From positions 482,514 to 546,513 of the forward strand of contig CAVOSV010000001.1 of assembly GCA_963698975.1 (NCBI GenBank): a stretch of 64,000 nucleotides of DNA. Direction: 5' to 3'. Numbering within the stretch: position 1 is the stretch's first letter; each line of letters opens with the position of its first letter. The notes beneath the pieces were generated by a model. The model had not been told where the DNA came from and searched no databases. It saw only the letters and a program-made list of their open reading frames with translations. Both the position numbers and the translations under genes were made by a program. This document shows, piece by piece, positions 53,636-62,907 of the stretch. This stretch comes from an uncultured Gemmatimonadales bacterium (GTDB taxonomy: Bacteria > Gemmatimonadota > Gemmatimonadetes > Gemmatimonadales > GWC2-71-9).

Positions 53636-54504
53636 CCCCCACCCTCCAAGTCTCGCACGATCCTCTCAGGTAGTCGTGGATCGGCCAGCGCGCCGGTACC
53701 CATGGCCACCAGCGATGCGCCGGCCCGCAAGTACTGGCGCACATCTTCGGCTGATCGCACTCCACCGACACCGATCACTGGAATTCCACCGGTGCGATCG
53801 AGGATGCGCGAAACTGCCAGTACTCCAACCGGCAGCAGCGGGGGTCCGCTCACGCCACCGCTACCATGGCCGAGTCGAGGTCCACCGGTATTCCCGTAGA
53901 GTATTCCGGGTATGGTGTTCACCGCACTGACCGCATCGGCGCCCGCATCCCTTGCCACGACGGCCATCCCTCCAATATCGGGAAGTAGGGGCGACAGCTT
54001 GGCCACGAGTGGAAGCGTGGTGCATCGTCGGCAGGCAGCCACGATCCGCTGAACGCAGCCGGAATCGCCGCCGAACTCAATCCCACCAGCCGAGGTATTG
54101 GGGCAGGAGAGATTCAACTCGAAGGCAGCGATCGTGGACGATCCGTCCAGCCGCCGGACCACCTCCGCGTATTCCTCCACCGTGAAACCGACGACGTTCA
54201 CCAGAACGTGCGCCCGGGTCAAATGCGTGGAGAGCCAGGGAAGCGCCTCCCGCCGAACCGACTCGACCCCCGGATTGGCCAAGCCGATCGAATTCAGCAT
54301 GCCCCCGGTGAACTCCGCCACCCGCGGTGGGGCGTTTCCGTGCCGCGGCTGCAAAGAGACTGCCTTGGTGATGATACCGCCCAGTCGATCGAGCCTGAGC
54401 ACTCCGTCGAGCTCGCGGCCGAAGCCGGCGGTCCCCGCTGCGAGAAGAAGCGGATTCTGGAACCGTTGGCCGAACAGCTCTCGCTCGACTGAGAGAGAGC
54501 TCAC
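53623..54504 (-). CDS. pyrD: Dihydroorotate dehydrogenase, class 1 catalytic subunit
   Basis: 293 aa with NPLLLAAGT, NSIGLANPG, ELNLSCPN and IGVGGV. Confidence 0.9.
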   Translation of the reverse strand: MSSLSVERELFGQRFQNPLLLAAGTAGFGRELDGVLRLDRLGGIITKAVSLQPRHGNAPPRVAEFTGGMLNSIGLANPGVESVRREALPWLSTHLTRAHVLVNVVGFTVEEYAEVVRRLDGSSTIAAFELNLSCPNTSAGGIEFGGDSGCVQRIVAACRRCTTLPLVAKLSPLLPDIGGMAVVARDAGADAVSAVNTIPGILYGNTGGPRLGHGSGGVSGPPLLPVGVLAVSRILDRTGGIPVIGVGGVRSAEDVRQYLRAGASLVAMGTGALADPRLPERIVRDLEGGGWLR

Positions 54505-55943
54505 TGGAGCTCGGGAACCTTGGATCCTCCTGTAGCAGGCTGCGGGCGACGACCCGGCTGCAGGGGTGGAACGAATTTCCGCCGAACGCCTGGCGTCGGA
54601 GGCCGGCGCACCGCCAGCGAGGCGGCAAATGCCCCTAGTGAATCCTCCAGCTGACGGTACTCCGGCGTGGCCTCGCCCTGAATCGCGACCACGTAGGGGC
54701 TATCATAGTACTGCTGGTCGAGGATGGTGCGGGCGCTATCGACCCATTGCGGATTCAACTGTTGGGCCGCCAGAATGGCTTTGGGCGCATAAGCAGAAAA
54801 CGGCCATTGCTGGGGAATCCGGCGGAAGAGGGACTCCGCTATTCCGGGTGCCTTAAGAATTTCCCGGGCGGACTCCGCAGCCAGAAATAGCCGGAGATCC
54901 CCCTGTGGACTCGTGGGTGTCGCCGTTCTGGCCGTGGCATCAACATCGGCGACACTGGCGGCGAATCGATCGACCTCGTCGGCCCTGACTTCGAACCGCA
55001 GTGCGAGCTTCTTCAAGCTGTCTATGATGGAGGGCAGGTCAGCCGGATTGTTCAGTGCCGCCAAGCGCAGCTTAATCAGGGCGAGCCCCGCCCGACCTGC
55101 GGACTCACCTTTCCCTCCAACAGTAAGCGCTTCCCGAAAGCGGCGTGCGGCGCGAGCGGTATCGATGGAACTGAGCCGAAGCCCGTCATCCAGGAAGGTA
55201 CGCGCCTGCAACTCGGGCGTGCGTTTAGGAAGCCGCTGCACCCGGTCCACCAAACCCGAAGCCGCGACTGGATTCTCCTGTGCCATGATGACCAAAACCG
55301 AGTCCCAGCGCTTGGTGGAATCGCCATGGAAAATCAGCGAGTCGCTTAGCGCCAACGCCTCAGGTACCCGACCCGCGCCGGCCAGCGCCAACATCCGCTC
55401 CGTCTGGGCCCGAGGCTCGTACACTCCTTCGAGAACGCGTAGGGCCTCCTCATACTGGCCGGCCGTCCGTAGTACCCGCGCGTGCTGGAAGCGAGCTTCC
55501 CGGCGACGGTCCGGGTTGCTGCTCTGCAGCAACTGAACAAACGCAGCATCGCCCCCGGCAAGATTGCCTGACGCCATCTGACAGCGCCCGGTGGACAGCA
55601 GGGCATCCTCGACCAGTTCCGAAGAGCGAGTCGTGGTTGTCAATCGGCCAAGGGGGCCCAGCGCCTGATCGCACTGACCCAGGCGAGCCAGAGCCACACC
55701 CCGCAGCAGCTCGGCCTGTTCGGCGTACTTGCTCTTAGGGTGACGTACCAGGACCGACTCGGCCTTGGTAGCTACCTGACCCCAAAGATTGTTGGCCTCG
55801 AACGTTCGACCGTCGTGCTCCGCCTCCCGGGCTGAGTTGGCCAGCCGATTGGCGTTGTACATGCCGTTGTAATAGACGCATCCAGCGGTCACAGTCAGAC
55901 TCACCGCGAGGCACATCCGGCGGAGAGAACGACCCCCGCTCAC
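54501..55943 (-). CDS. Hypothetical helical-repeat (TPR-like) lipoprotein
   Basis: 480 aa with lipobox LTVTAGC|VYY. It is rich in Ala/Leu/Arg helical repeats and has no catalytic motif. Confidence 0.6.
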   Translation of the reverse strand: MSGGRSLRRMCLAVSLTVTAGCVYYNGMYNANRLANSAREAEHDGRTFEANNLWGQVATKAESVLVRHPKSKYAEQAELLRGVALARLGQCDQALGPLGRLTTTTRSSELVEDALLSTGRCQMASGNLAGGDAAFVQLLQSSNPDRRREARFQHARVLRTAGQYEEALRVLEGVYEPRAQTERMLALAGAGRVPEALALSDSLIFHGDSTKRWDSVLVIMAQENPVAASGLVDRVQRLPKRTPELQARTFLDDGLRLSSIDTARAARRFREALTVGGKGESAGRAGLALIKLRLAALNNPADLPSIIDSLKKLALRFEVRADEVDRFAASVADVDATARTATPTSPQGDLRLFLAAESAREILKAPGIAESLFRRIPQQWPFSAYAPKAILAAQQLNPQWVDSARTILDQQYYDSPYVVAIQGEATPEYRQLEDSLGAFAASLAVRRPPTPGVRRKFVPPLQPGRRPQPATGGSKVPELQ

Positions 55944-57145
55944 TTCAGCCCTCCGGCGCCCACAACTGGCTCGGTCTTACGCTGATATTCGAGCAGATAC
56001 TCGACGATGGCGTCAGCCAGTGCTGCCGCCATAGCCTTCTGGCCGGCGTAGCTGGTGAGAAACCGGCCGTCTTCCGGGTTTGTGCTATATCCTAGTTCCA
56101 CCAGAATGGCGGGCCGGCGGGCGGTAGTCAAAACCATGAACCCCGCCTGCTTGACCCCGCGGCTATCTCCCGTATGCACTGCCTTCAGCTGATCCTGGAC
56201 CAGTTCGGCAGCACGCGCCGATTCGCGAAGATGCTCGTTCAGCTGAAGATCTTTCAATATGAAATCCAGGCCCATTCCGGCATCACCCGAGGGAGCATTG
56301 GTCTCGAAGCGTACCGCTTCGTTTTCCATCTGCGCCACCCGAGCCGCATCTTCCGTCCTTGCCTCGGCCAGGAAGTACGTCTCGAAGCCGCGTATGTCGG
56401 TGTAGCCGTGACGCCGGGCCAGCGAATTCACGTGAAGGCTGACGAAGAGATCGCACGACTCGGTGCAGTAGCTGCCCCGGTCTCCCAGAGCAATCAGCGT
56501 ATCAGCCGTGCGGGTCATGTTCACCCCAACGCCCCGACGTTTCAGCTCGCTCCGCAGGAGCAGTCCCACCTGAAGGGTGACGTCCTTCTCCTTGGTGCCC
56601 CGGGGAAAGAAGACCCCAGGGTTCCCCGGGTCCACTCCTCCATGGCCGGGGTCGATGGTGACCAAATGCCCGGGGCGGAGACCGTTGGGAAGTTTGGCCT
56701 CGGCGGGCGGCGTTCCCCGCGCCACCGGCGAGTGGTCCGCTGCGCCCGCCACGCTGAGACGGGCCCGCGCACCGTCGTACCGGAAGCGGCCTCCCTGGGA
56801 CCTCGGCAGGATCTCCGCAATAAACTGCAAAGGCAGATACAGGGTATCTCGTGTGACCGATGCCCCGCTGGCGAGTGGCCGCAGACGGTGGCCGCAGAAG
56901 CAGAGCGGCGCACCGACCAGGAAGCGAAAGTTCTGGGAGCCCACCGCAACCTCGGCCCAACCTTCCACTACCTTGGCCGAGCCATCGAGGGCCGACATGA
57001 GAGCCGCCGCCGGCAATACCGGATTACCGTTCTCATCGGCCCGCACCGCAATCCGCGCCTCCCCTTTGGTTCCAGCAACGACCACCACCCCGGGCACGGT
57101 ATCCGTGCCGGCCAGCGCCGCGAGCAGGGCCAGTGCCAGGATCAC
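55940..57145 (-). CDS. N-acetylmuramoyl-L-alanine amidase (Amidase_3, AmiC-like)
   Basis: 401 aa. The C-terminal domain is [13 protein letters not shown]...FVSLHVNS...[13 protein letters not shown]. Confidence 0.88.
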   Translation of the reverse strand: MILALALLAALAGTDTVPGVVVVAGTKGEARIAVRADENGNPVLPAAALMSALDGSAKVVEGWAEVAVGSQNFRFLVGAPLCFCGHRLRPLASGASVTRDTLYLPLQFIAEILPRSQGGRFRYDGARARLSVAGAADHSPVARGTPPAEAKLPNGLRPGHLVTIDPGHGGVDPGNPGVFFPRGTKEKDVTLQVGLLLRSELKRRGVGVNMTRTADTLIALGDRGSYCTESCDLFVSLHVNSLARRHGYTDIRGFETYFLAEARTEDAARVAQMENEAVRFETNAPSGDAGMGLDFILKDLQLNEHLRESARAAELVQDQLKAVHTGDSRGVKQAGFMVLTTARRPAILVELGYSTNPEDGRFLTSYAGQKAMAAALADAIVEYLLEYQRKTEPVVGAGGLK

Positions 57146-57657
57146 CGGCGTCCCCGCACCGAAACGGCGCGAGCGACTTCGCGCTCCTGGATTTTACGCT
57201 TGATCGCTTCGCGCTTGTCGTGCTGTTTCTTACCTTTGCCCAGGGCCAGTGCCACCTTGGCGCGTCCGTTCTTGAAGTAGAGCTCGAGGGGGACCAGGGT
57301 GAGCCCGCGTTGTTCGACGGCTCCAATCAACTTCTCGATCTCGCGGCGATGCAGGAGCAGCTTGCGGGTTCGGACCGGATCATGATTGTAGCGGTTGCCC
57401 TGCTCGTAGGGCGTGATGTTCATCCCGTCTAGGAAGACCTCCCCATTTCTCACTCGGGCGTAGGCCTCCCGAATGGACGCCTTGCCGTTCCGCAGAGACT
57501 TGACCTCGGTCCCGGTCAGCACAATGCCCGTCTCCCAGGTCTCGAGAATATGGTAGTCGTGGGTCGCCTTCGGATTCCGGGCGACCGACTGCTTCCGCTC
57601 GGCGGGTGGGGTAAGTTCGCGGCTCACGAGGGGTATCCTAAGCAAAGGATAAGCCAA
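57142..57657 (-). CDS. smpB: SsrA-binding protein
   Basis: Motifs are [29 protein letters not shown]...[12 protein letters not shown]...[10 protein letters not shown]. The true start may be the GTG at 57627, which gives a more typical length. Confidence 0.92.
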   Translation of the reverse strand: MAYPLLRIPLVSRELTPPAERKQSVARNPKATHDYHILETWETGIVLTGTEVKSLRNGKASIREAYARVRNGEVFLDGMNITPYEQGNRYNHDPVRTRKLLLHRREIEKLIGAVEQRGLTLVPLELYFKNGRAKVALALGKGKKQHDKREAIKRKIQEREVARAVSVRGRR

Positions 57658-57672
57658 GGTGGGAAGGAAGGG

Positions 57673-57724
57673 AAAGACGGAAAGGTCGGGAAGTATGACG
57701 TCTTCCCGTCCTTCCCGTCTTTTC
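57673..57724 (-). terminator. Long imperfect hairpin between tRNA-Leu and smpB (possible terminator)
   Basis: A ~21-bp stem with 2 mismatches: AAAGACGGAAAGGTCGGGAAG-tatgacgt-CTTCCCGTCCTTCCCGTCTTT. On the - strand it is followed by a T/C-rich run rather than a clean T-tract. Confidence 0.45.
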
Positions 57725-57734
57725 AGGTTCCTGA

Positions 57735-57818
57735 TGCCGAAGGCGGGACTCGAACCCGCACGGGCTTGCGCCCACTGCGCCCTGAACGCAGCGCGTCTAC
57801 CAGTTCCACCACTTCGGC
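57735..57818 (-). tRNA. tRNA-Leu (anticodon CAG)
   Basis: The reverse complement is GCCGAAGTGGTGGAACTGGTAGACGCGCTGCGTTCAGGGCGCAGTGGGCGCAAGCCCGTGCGGGTTCGAGTCCCGCCTTCGGCA. It has a 7-bp acceptor stem, anticodon loop TTCAGGG, a long variable arm and GGTTCGAGTCC (T-arm). CCA is not encoded. Confidence 0.93.
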
Positions 57819-57830
57819 GAGCGCGAAAAC

Positions 57831-59261
57831 CTAATACCGAGGCATCCCTACTTCAATCCGATCCGCCCAGGCATCGATTCCTCCCGCGAGGCTGCGAACC
57901 CGGCTGAAGCCGGCGCCTTTGAGCAGCTGGAGCGCTTTCATGGATCGAACCCCGTGATGGCAGTGGGTCACAATTTCGGTATGACCGTCGAGCTCACCGA
58001 GCCGCTCCGGAAGCTGGCCGAGTGGGATGAGGCGCGCGCCTTCGATGTGGGCGATTTCCCACTCATGCGGCTCCCGCACATCGATTAGCACCAGCTCCGG
58101 CCCTTTCTGCTGCATTTCCCGGGAGAGCTCTTCAGCAGTGACTTCGGGTCCGTCATACGCCGGTTCCGCACCGATCCCGCAGAACGCGTCATAGTCGATC
58201 AGCTCTCGAATGCTCGGCTGCTCTCCGCAGACTGGGCAGGAGGGATCCTTCCGCAATTGGAGCTCGCGGAAGCGGAGCTTCAGGGCATCGAACAGCAGGA
58301 GTCTGCCGACTAGCGAGTCCCCCGCGCCGATGATCCACTTGATCGTCTCCAGTGCCTGAATGCTCCCGATGATGCCAGGCAGGACGCCGAGCACTCCTCC
58401 CTCAGCACAGCTCGGAACCAATCCCGGAGGCGGCGGCTCGGAGTACAGGCACCGGTAGCAGGGACCCTGGCGGGAATAGAAGACTGACGCCTGACCCTCG
58501 AAGCGGAAGATGCTGCCGTAGACGTTCGGCTTTCCGAGCAGCACGCATGCATCGTTGACGAGATACCGCGTGGGAAAGTTATCCGTCCCATCTACGATGA
58601 TGTCGTACTCCCGCACAATGTCGAGCGCGTTCTGAGAGGTCAGTCGCGTCTCGTGCTTCTCGATCCGCACATTCGGATTCACATCTCCCAACCGCGCCTC
58701 GGCCGACTCGAGCTTCGGCTGTCCCAGTGTAGACGTGCCGTGGACGATCTGTCGCTGCAAGTTCGTCAGGTCGACTACGTCAAAGTCCACGATCCCGATC
58801 GTCCCCACTCCCGCTGCCGCCAGATAGAGCGTCAGCGGCGAGCCCAGCCCCCCGGCACCAACGGTGAGAACCCGCGCCGACTTGAGCTTGCGTTGGCCGG
58901 TAATGCCCACCTCCGGGAGCAGCAGGTGCCTGGAATAGCGCAAAACTTCAGCATGGGACAGCGCGACTTCGCTCCCCAGAGCGGGAGATCCACCGGCGAT
59001 GCTGGGGACGATGGTGAGCACATCCCCGGGATGCACCGGTGTGGCCGTAGAGGAGAGATGCCGGATGTCGGTCTCGTTCAAGTACAAGTTGACGAAGCTC
59101 CGGAGCCGCCCGTCGTCCTGCACCAGGTGTCGCTTGAGGCCGACATGGGTGGCGAGCAACCCGTCGAGCACCTCGCCCACGGTCTGGCCCGATAAGTGGA
59201 TGGTGTCTTGCCCGGCGGTAAAGCCGCGCAGCGGCGTGGGGATCGACACGGTTACAGACAT
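57831..59261 (-). CDS. Tri-domain fusion of a CysO/MoaD-type ubiquitin-like sulfur carrier, a MoeB/MoeZ/ThiF E1-like adenylyltransferase, and rhodanese
   Basis: aa 1-91, [18 protein letters not shown]...[16 protein letters not shown]...[13 protein letters not shown], is a CysO-like beta-grasp ending in GG. The E1 region follows ([12 protein letters not shown]...[12 protein letters not shown]; CxxC pairs CYRC and CPVC). The C-terminal rhodanese has an active-site loop THCHHGVRS. Confidence 0.85.
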   Translation of the reverse strand: MSVTVSIPTPLRGFTAGQDTIHLSGQTVGEVLDGLLATHVGLKRHLVQDDGRLRSFVNLYLNETDIRHLSSTATPVHPGDVLTIVPSIAGGSPALGSEVALSHAEVLRYSRHLLLPEVGITGQRKLKSARVLTVGAGGLGSPLTLYLAAAGVGTIGIVDFDVVDLTNLQRQIVHGTSTLGQPKLESAEARLGDVNPNVRIEKHETRLTSQNALDIVREYDIIVDGTDNFPTRYLVNDACVLLGKPNVYGSIFRFEGQASVFYSRQGPCYRCLYSEPPPPGLVPSCAEGGVLGVLPGIIGSIQALETIKWIIGAGDSLVGRLLLFDALKLRFRELQLRKDPSCPVCGEQPSIRELIDYDAFCGIGAEPAYDGPEVTAEELSREMQQKGPELVLIDVREPHEWEIAHIEGARLIPLGQLPERLGELDGHTEIVTHCHHGVRSMKALQLLKGAGFSRVRSLAGGIDAWADRIEVGMPRY

Positions 59262-59264
59262 ATT

Positions 59265-59702
59265 TCAGACCTCATTGAATACATCGAGGGACTCTGGCAA
59301 CATGGCCGAACGATCACCGGCCAGCTGCCAACTGGTGGCCTCAACCGCGCGTCCGCGGTCGACCCGAACGATTAGGTAACTGTACCAGGGCCAGGCGTGC
59401 TCGGCGTCGAATGATGAAGGCGCCGCCAGGTGATCAGGGTGCGAGTGGTAAAACCCGAGCACTTCGAGGCCCGCCTCGCGAATCTCGGTCTCGACGCTCT
59501 GGAGATCCTCGGGGGCGATCAGATACCGGTGCGGGTCGTCTGCCCGGCGATTCACCACCGGGAGCAGTCTGCGGACCTGCTTAATCTCACCCGGCTGGCC
59601 AGCCAGCACACCACAGCATTCCCCCGGGTAGGCTCCCTCCCCCTCGCGATGAATGGCCCGCAGCAGCGTCTCACTGACCCGCAACGTCACGTGACCCTCC
59701 AA
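59265..59702 (-). CDS. mec: JAMM/MPN+ metalloprotease (Mec-like)
   Basis: 145 aa with a catalytic Glu in ECCGVL and the JAMM motif GFYHSHPDHLAAPSSFD. Confidence 0.85.
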   Translation of the reverse strand: MEGHVTLRVSETLLRAIHREGEGAYPGECCGVLAGQPGEIKQVRRLLPVVNRRADDPHRYLIAPEDLQSVETEIREAGLEVLGFYHSHPDHLAAPSSFDAEHAWPWYSYLIVRVDRGRAVEATSWQLAGDRSAMLPESLDVFNEV

Positions 59703-60607
59703 CGGTGAAGGTCACTGAGATATCTCGCCCCCGAGTCGCACCCGATCACAACTACACAGGCGTCCGGCTCCTGCCCAACGATGTCCAACCCCACGGCAAC
59801 GGCCGCCCCGGCGGACCAGCCGACCAGGTATCCGGCGTGCCGTGCCAGCCATTGTGCCGTACGGTCGGCAGCCTCGGTGGAGATCTCCGCTACCACGTCG
59901 GGCAGCCCGGGATTGTACAGTGCTGGCGGATGGCCTGTTGTTGCCAAGTGCTTGAGCCCTTCCAAACCGTGTAGCGGAGAATCCGGCTGCACTCCAATGA
60001 GCCGGATGTCCGGGTTCTTCTCCTTCAGGAACCCGCCGGTTCCCATCATGGTTCCGGTGGTTCCCATCGCCGCGACGAAGTGTGTGATCCGTCCTGCGGT
60101 CTGGCGCCAGATTTCCGGGCCAGTGGTTTCCCGGTGCGCTGCTGAGTTGGCGGGATTGCTGTACTGGTCGGCGAAATAGTAGCGGTCCGGCTCGTCCCCC
60201 AAAATCTGGCGAGCCCGTTCGGTTGCTCCATCAGTTCCGTCCATCCGGTCGGTCAACACGACTTCCGCGCCGTAGATCTCCAGCAGCGCGCGGCGCTCCG
60301 GGCTGGCATTCGCCGGGACGCAAATCGTGACCTCAACACCCGCGGCGGCACCCAGCATCGCATAAGCGATCCCGGTATTGCCGCTGGACGCATCGAGCAG
60401 CCGCCGACCGGCCAACCCGCCCCGGCAGAGGGCGTCCCGGAGAATGCCACGGGCAGCGCGGTCCTTCACACTTCCCCCCGGGTTGAGCCACTCAGCCTTG
60501 AGAAGGACCTGCGCCCCGCGAGAAGATTCCAGTGGGATGGGAAGCAGCGGCGTGTTGCCGACCGCCCTCCAGAGCGCAGGCTCCGACCCACTCGATTCAG
60601 CGTTCAT
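59687..60607 (-). CDS. cysM: PLP-dependent cysteine synthase (CysM-like, probably sulfur-carrier dependent)
   Basis: 306 aa with GNTPLLPI, the PLP lysine in NPGGSVKDRAA, SSGNTGIAYA, and GTTGTMMG. Confidence 0.85.
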   Translation of the reverse strand: MNAESSGSEPALWRAVGNTPLLPIPLESSRGAQVLLKAEWLNPGGSVKDRAARGILRDALCRGGLAGRRLLDASSGNTGIAYAMLGAAAGVEVTICVPANASPERRALLEIYGAEVVLTDRMDGTDGATERARQILGDEPDRYYFADQYSNPANSAAHRETTGPEIWRQTAGRITHFVAAMGTTGTMMGTGGFLKEKNPDIRLIGVQPDSPLHGLEGLKHLATTGHPPALYNPGLPDVVAEISTEAADRTAQWLARHAGYLVGWSAGAAVAVGLDIVGQEPDACVVVIGCDSGARYLSDLHRWRVT

Positions 60608-60621
60608 CCCTACTCTCCAAA

Positions 60622-60652
60622 TGCAAAAAGGCCCGACCGTTGGGTCGGGCCT
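60622..60652 (-). terminator. Intrinsic terminator downstream of the Rrf2 regulator gene
   Basis: 9-bp GC-rich stem GGCCCGACC-gttg-GGTCGGGCC. On the - strand it is followed by TTTTTGCATTT. Confidence 0.8.
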
Positions 60653-60673
60653 CAGTTTCTCAACCGAAGAGCG

Positions 60674-61132
60674 TCAGCTTGCTGACGAGATCCCGACCAG
60701 TTCCTGGACTTCGGTTTCCTGCTTCATCAAATCGGCCAGAGAGATGCTGGCAAGCAGCTCGTCGACCCGCTGCTGGAGCGCATGCCAGACCGGCCGGATG
60801 CTGCAGGTGTGTCCCGGATTACATCGATCGGCGTCCACCGGATGAGTGGCGCAGTTGACCTCGAAGGTCTGGTGCTCGGAGGCAGCCATAACGTCCCGTA
60901 CCGATATGGCGGTGGGCACTTTGGCCAGGTAGTAGCCACCCTTAGCTCCCCGTACGCTCTCGACTAGGCCGGCCCGGCGGAGCCGCAGCAGGATCTGCTC
61001 GACATAATCAGCCGGAAGTCGCTCGATATCGGCAAGCTCGCGGGCAGCAACCGGTCCACTCCCGCCACGTCCGCGTTTGGCGAGGTGGATTGAGATGATC
61101 AGGCTGTATTCTGTCCAGGTAGTAACCCGCAT
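60674..61132 (-). CDS. Rrf2-family transcriptional regulator (IscR/CymR-like)
   Basis: Start taken at MRVTTWTEYSLIISIHLAK. The wHTH is ARELADIERLPADYVEQILLRLRRAGLVESVRGAKGGYYLA. Possible cluster ligands are C..C..(H/C) in NCATHPVDADRCNPGHTC. Confidence 0.85.
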   Translation of the reverse strand: MRVTTWTEYSLIISIHLAKRGRGGSGPVAARELADIERLPADYVEQILLRLRRAGLVESVRGAKGGYYLAKVPTAISVRDVMAASEHQTFEVNCATHPVDADRCNPGHTCSIRPVWHALQQRVDELLASISLADLMKQETEVQELVGISSAS

Positions 61133-61194
61133 GGTTGGGAATATGCCTGTGAAAACAGGTGGAATCAATGCGAGGTGGGACTGTTGGCTAGCGG

Positions 61195-61995
61195 CTAACC
61201 TTTATCCGCCGAGGTCCAACGAGCCACCTCCTCGGCGCTCAGGTTGCCGTAAGGCCTGATTCGGCCATCGCGAAACGTGCCGCCGAGCACATCGCCCAGG
61301 TACTGGGACCAGGAGAGCAGAGTTCCGTAGCAGACCGGCTCGGGTGCATCCGGGCTACCGACCTCTGCCTCGAGTCGCTGCAGCAGCTCCCGCATGACGC
61401 CTTCGGGAACTCGGGAGCGGGCCGAAGGAAAGATGAACCCGAACAGGATGAGATGGGCCAGCAGCACGCGCCAGTGGGGGCCGAACCGCTGGATCAATCG
61501 GTCCCAATCCAGCCGCTCACCAATGGCAAGAATGAGGTGGGAAACGTCCGCCCCGTCGTAGCGCTCGCGCTCCATCACGAAGGCCTTTGACCAGATGGTC
61601 TCCTCCGGTGGCGCGATCTGTACCGGAACACTGAGAACTTCACCCTGCGCGGCGTGCTCGAACCAGCCGTCATCCACGGCAGCCACCCCGTTGCCCGAGC
61701 TGAAAATCACATCGATGAATCCCTCGGGCGATCGGATCTTGGCCAACCAGTGGGAAAACACCAGTTCCGTCTCGTAACCGGCCGTCGCGCACGCTTCCAG
61801 CAGGCGCTGGACGTCTAAAGGCCGGGCAAAGATGTCCAGATCCTTGGTAGACTTGTCGATGCCGGCTTGGTGAATGAACGCGAACGCGCCGCCGACCAGG
61901 AACGGCACCTTGGCCCGGTTGAGCACCTCCATCGCGTCACGATAAAACAGCCGGGAGGGGGTCTCGACTAACGACTGCGTCGGGGCGAGCGCCAT
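61195..61995 (-). CDS. Uncharacterised Pol-beta-superfamily nucleotidyltransferase
   Basis: Start taken at MALAPTQSLV. The NTase signature is VGGAFAFIHQAGIDKSTKDLDIF (G[GS]...DxD). Otherwise there is no recognisable domain. Confidence 0.6.
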   Translation of the reverse strand: MALAPTQSLVETPSRLFYRDAMEVLNRAKVPFLVGGAFAFIHQAGIDKSTKDLDIFARPLDVQRLLEACATAGYETELVFSHWLAKIRSPEGFIDVIFSSGNGVAAVDDGWFEHAAQGEVLSVPVQIAPPEETIWSKAFVMERERYDGADVSHLILAIGERLDWDRLIQRFGPHWRVLLAHLILFGFIFPSARSRVPEGVMRELLQRLEAEVGSPDAPEPVCYGTLLSWSQYLGDVLGGTFRDGRIRPYGNLSAEEVARWTSADKG

Positions 61996-62097
61996 GCCGG
62001 ACTCCGCGGAGGGGAGTTTTATGATAAGTGGGTTCCAAACTTTCAGGGTGTGGCGCGGATCACCGCAGCCCTCCACCTATCGCGAGATCGTGCCAGC

Positions 62098-62907
62098 ATG
62101 ACCAAATCGACCGGTACCGTGCGGATTGCCGCTTTGGGAGACATTCACCTGGGCGGCGGAGGACTTGAGCCGCCGTTGCAGATGCTCTTCAGTCAGGTCT
62201 CAGCCCACGCAGACATCCTGGCGCTGTGTGGTGACCTGACGGACAGAGGAGACCCGGAGGAGGCGCGCCAGATGGCCAAGGCGCTGGGCTCCGTCACGGT
62301 TCCGATCGTCGCGGTGCTGGGCAACCACGACTATGAGTGCGGGAAAGTCAGTGAGATAACCCGGATCCTGTGTGACGCAGGCGTCCGGGTGCTCGACGGC
62401 GACGCGCACGAGGTGCTGGGAGTAGGCTTTGCCGGAGCCAAGGGCTTTGCCGGCGGGTTCGGTCGCGGGGCCCTCGGTCCTTGGGGAGAACCGCTTATCA
62501 AACAGTTCGTCAGAGAGGCGGTAGACGAGGCTCTCAAGCTGGAAACCGCCCTCAGTCGGCTTCGCACGGCACGCAAGGTTGCCCTGCTCCACTATGCGCC
62601 CATCGCCGCAACGGTAGAAGGAGAGCCTCGGGAGATTTATCCCTATCTTGGCTCCAGCCGGCTGGAGGAGCCGCTGGGCCGGTATCCCGTCGACGTGGTG
62701 TTTCACGGCCACGCTCACCACGGCGCGCCCCAGGGGCGTACCATGGGGGACGTACCGGTATACAACGTCTCGATGATGCTGTTGCAGCGCACCTACCCGG
62801 ACCGGCCCGCCTTTCGGGTAGTGGAGCTTCAGGTGGGCGACAGCACCAATGAAGGAACCGCCGGCGTCACCCCGCTTCGGCGAGTTACCGACCGCCCGGT
62901 TGCCTGA
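62098..62907 (+). CDS. Calcineurin-like metallophosphoesterase
   Basis: Start taken at MTKSTGTVRIAALGDIHLG. Motifs are GDIH, GDLTDRG, GNHDYE and HGHAHH. The 3' end overlaps convergent aspA by 23 nt. Confidence 0.8.
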   Translation: MTKSTGTVRIAALGDIHLGGGGLEPPLQMLFSQVSAHADILALCGDLTDRGDPEEARQMAKALGSVTVPIVAVLGNHDYECGKVSEITRILCDAGVRVLDGDAHEVLGVGFAGAKGFAGGFGRGALGPWGEPLIKQFVREAVDEALKLETALSRLRTARKVALLHYAPIAATVEGEPREIYPYLGSSRLEEPLGRYPVDVVFHGHAHHGAPQGRTMGDVPVYNVSMMLLQRTYPDRPAFRVVELQVGDSTNEGTAGVTPLRRVTDRPVA

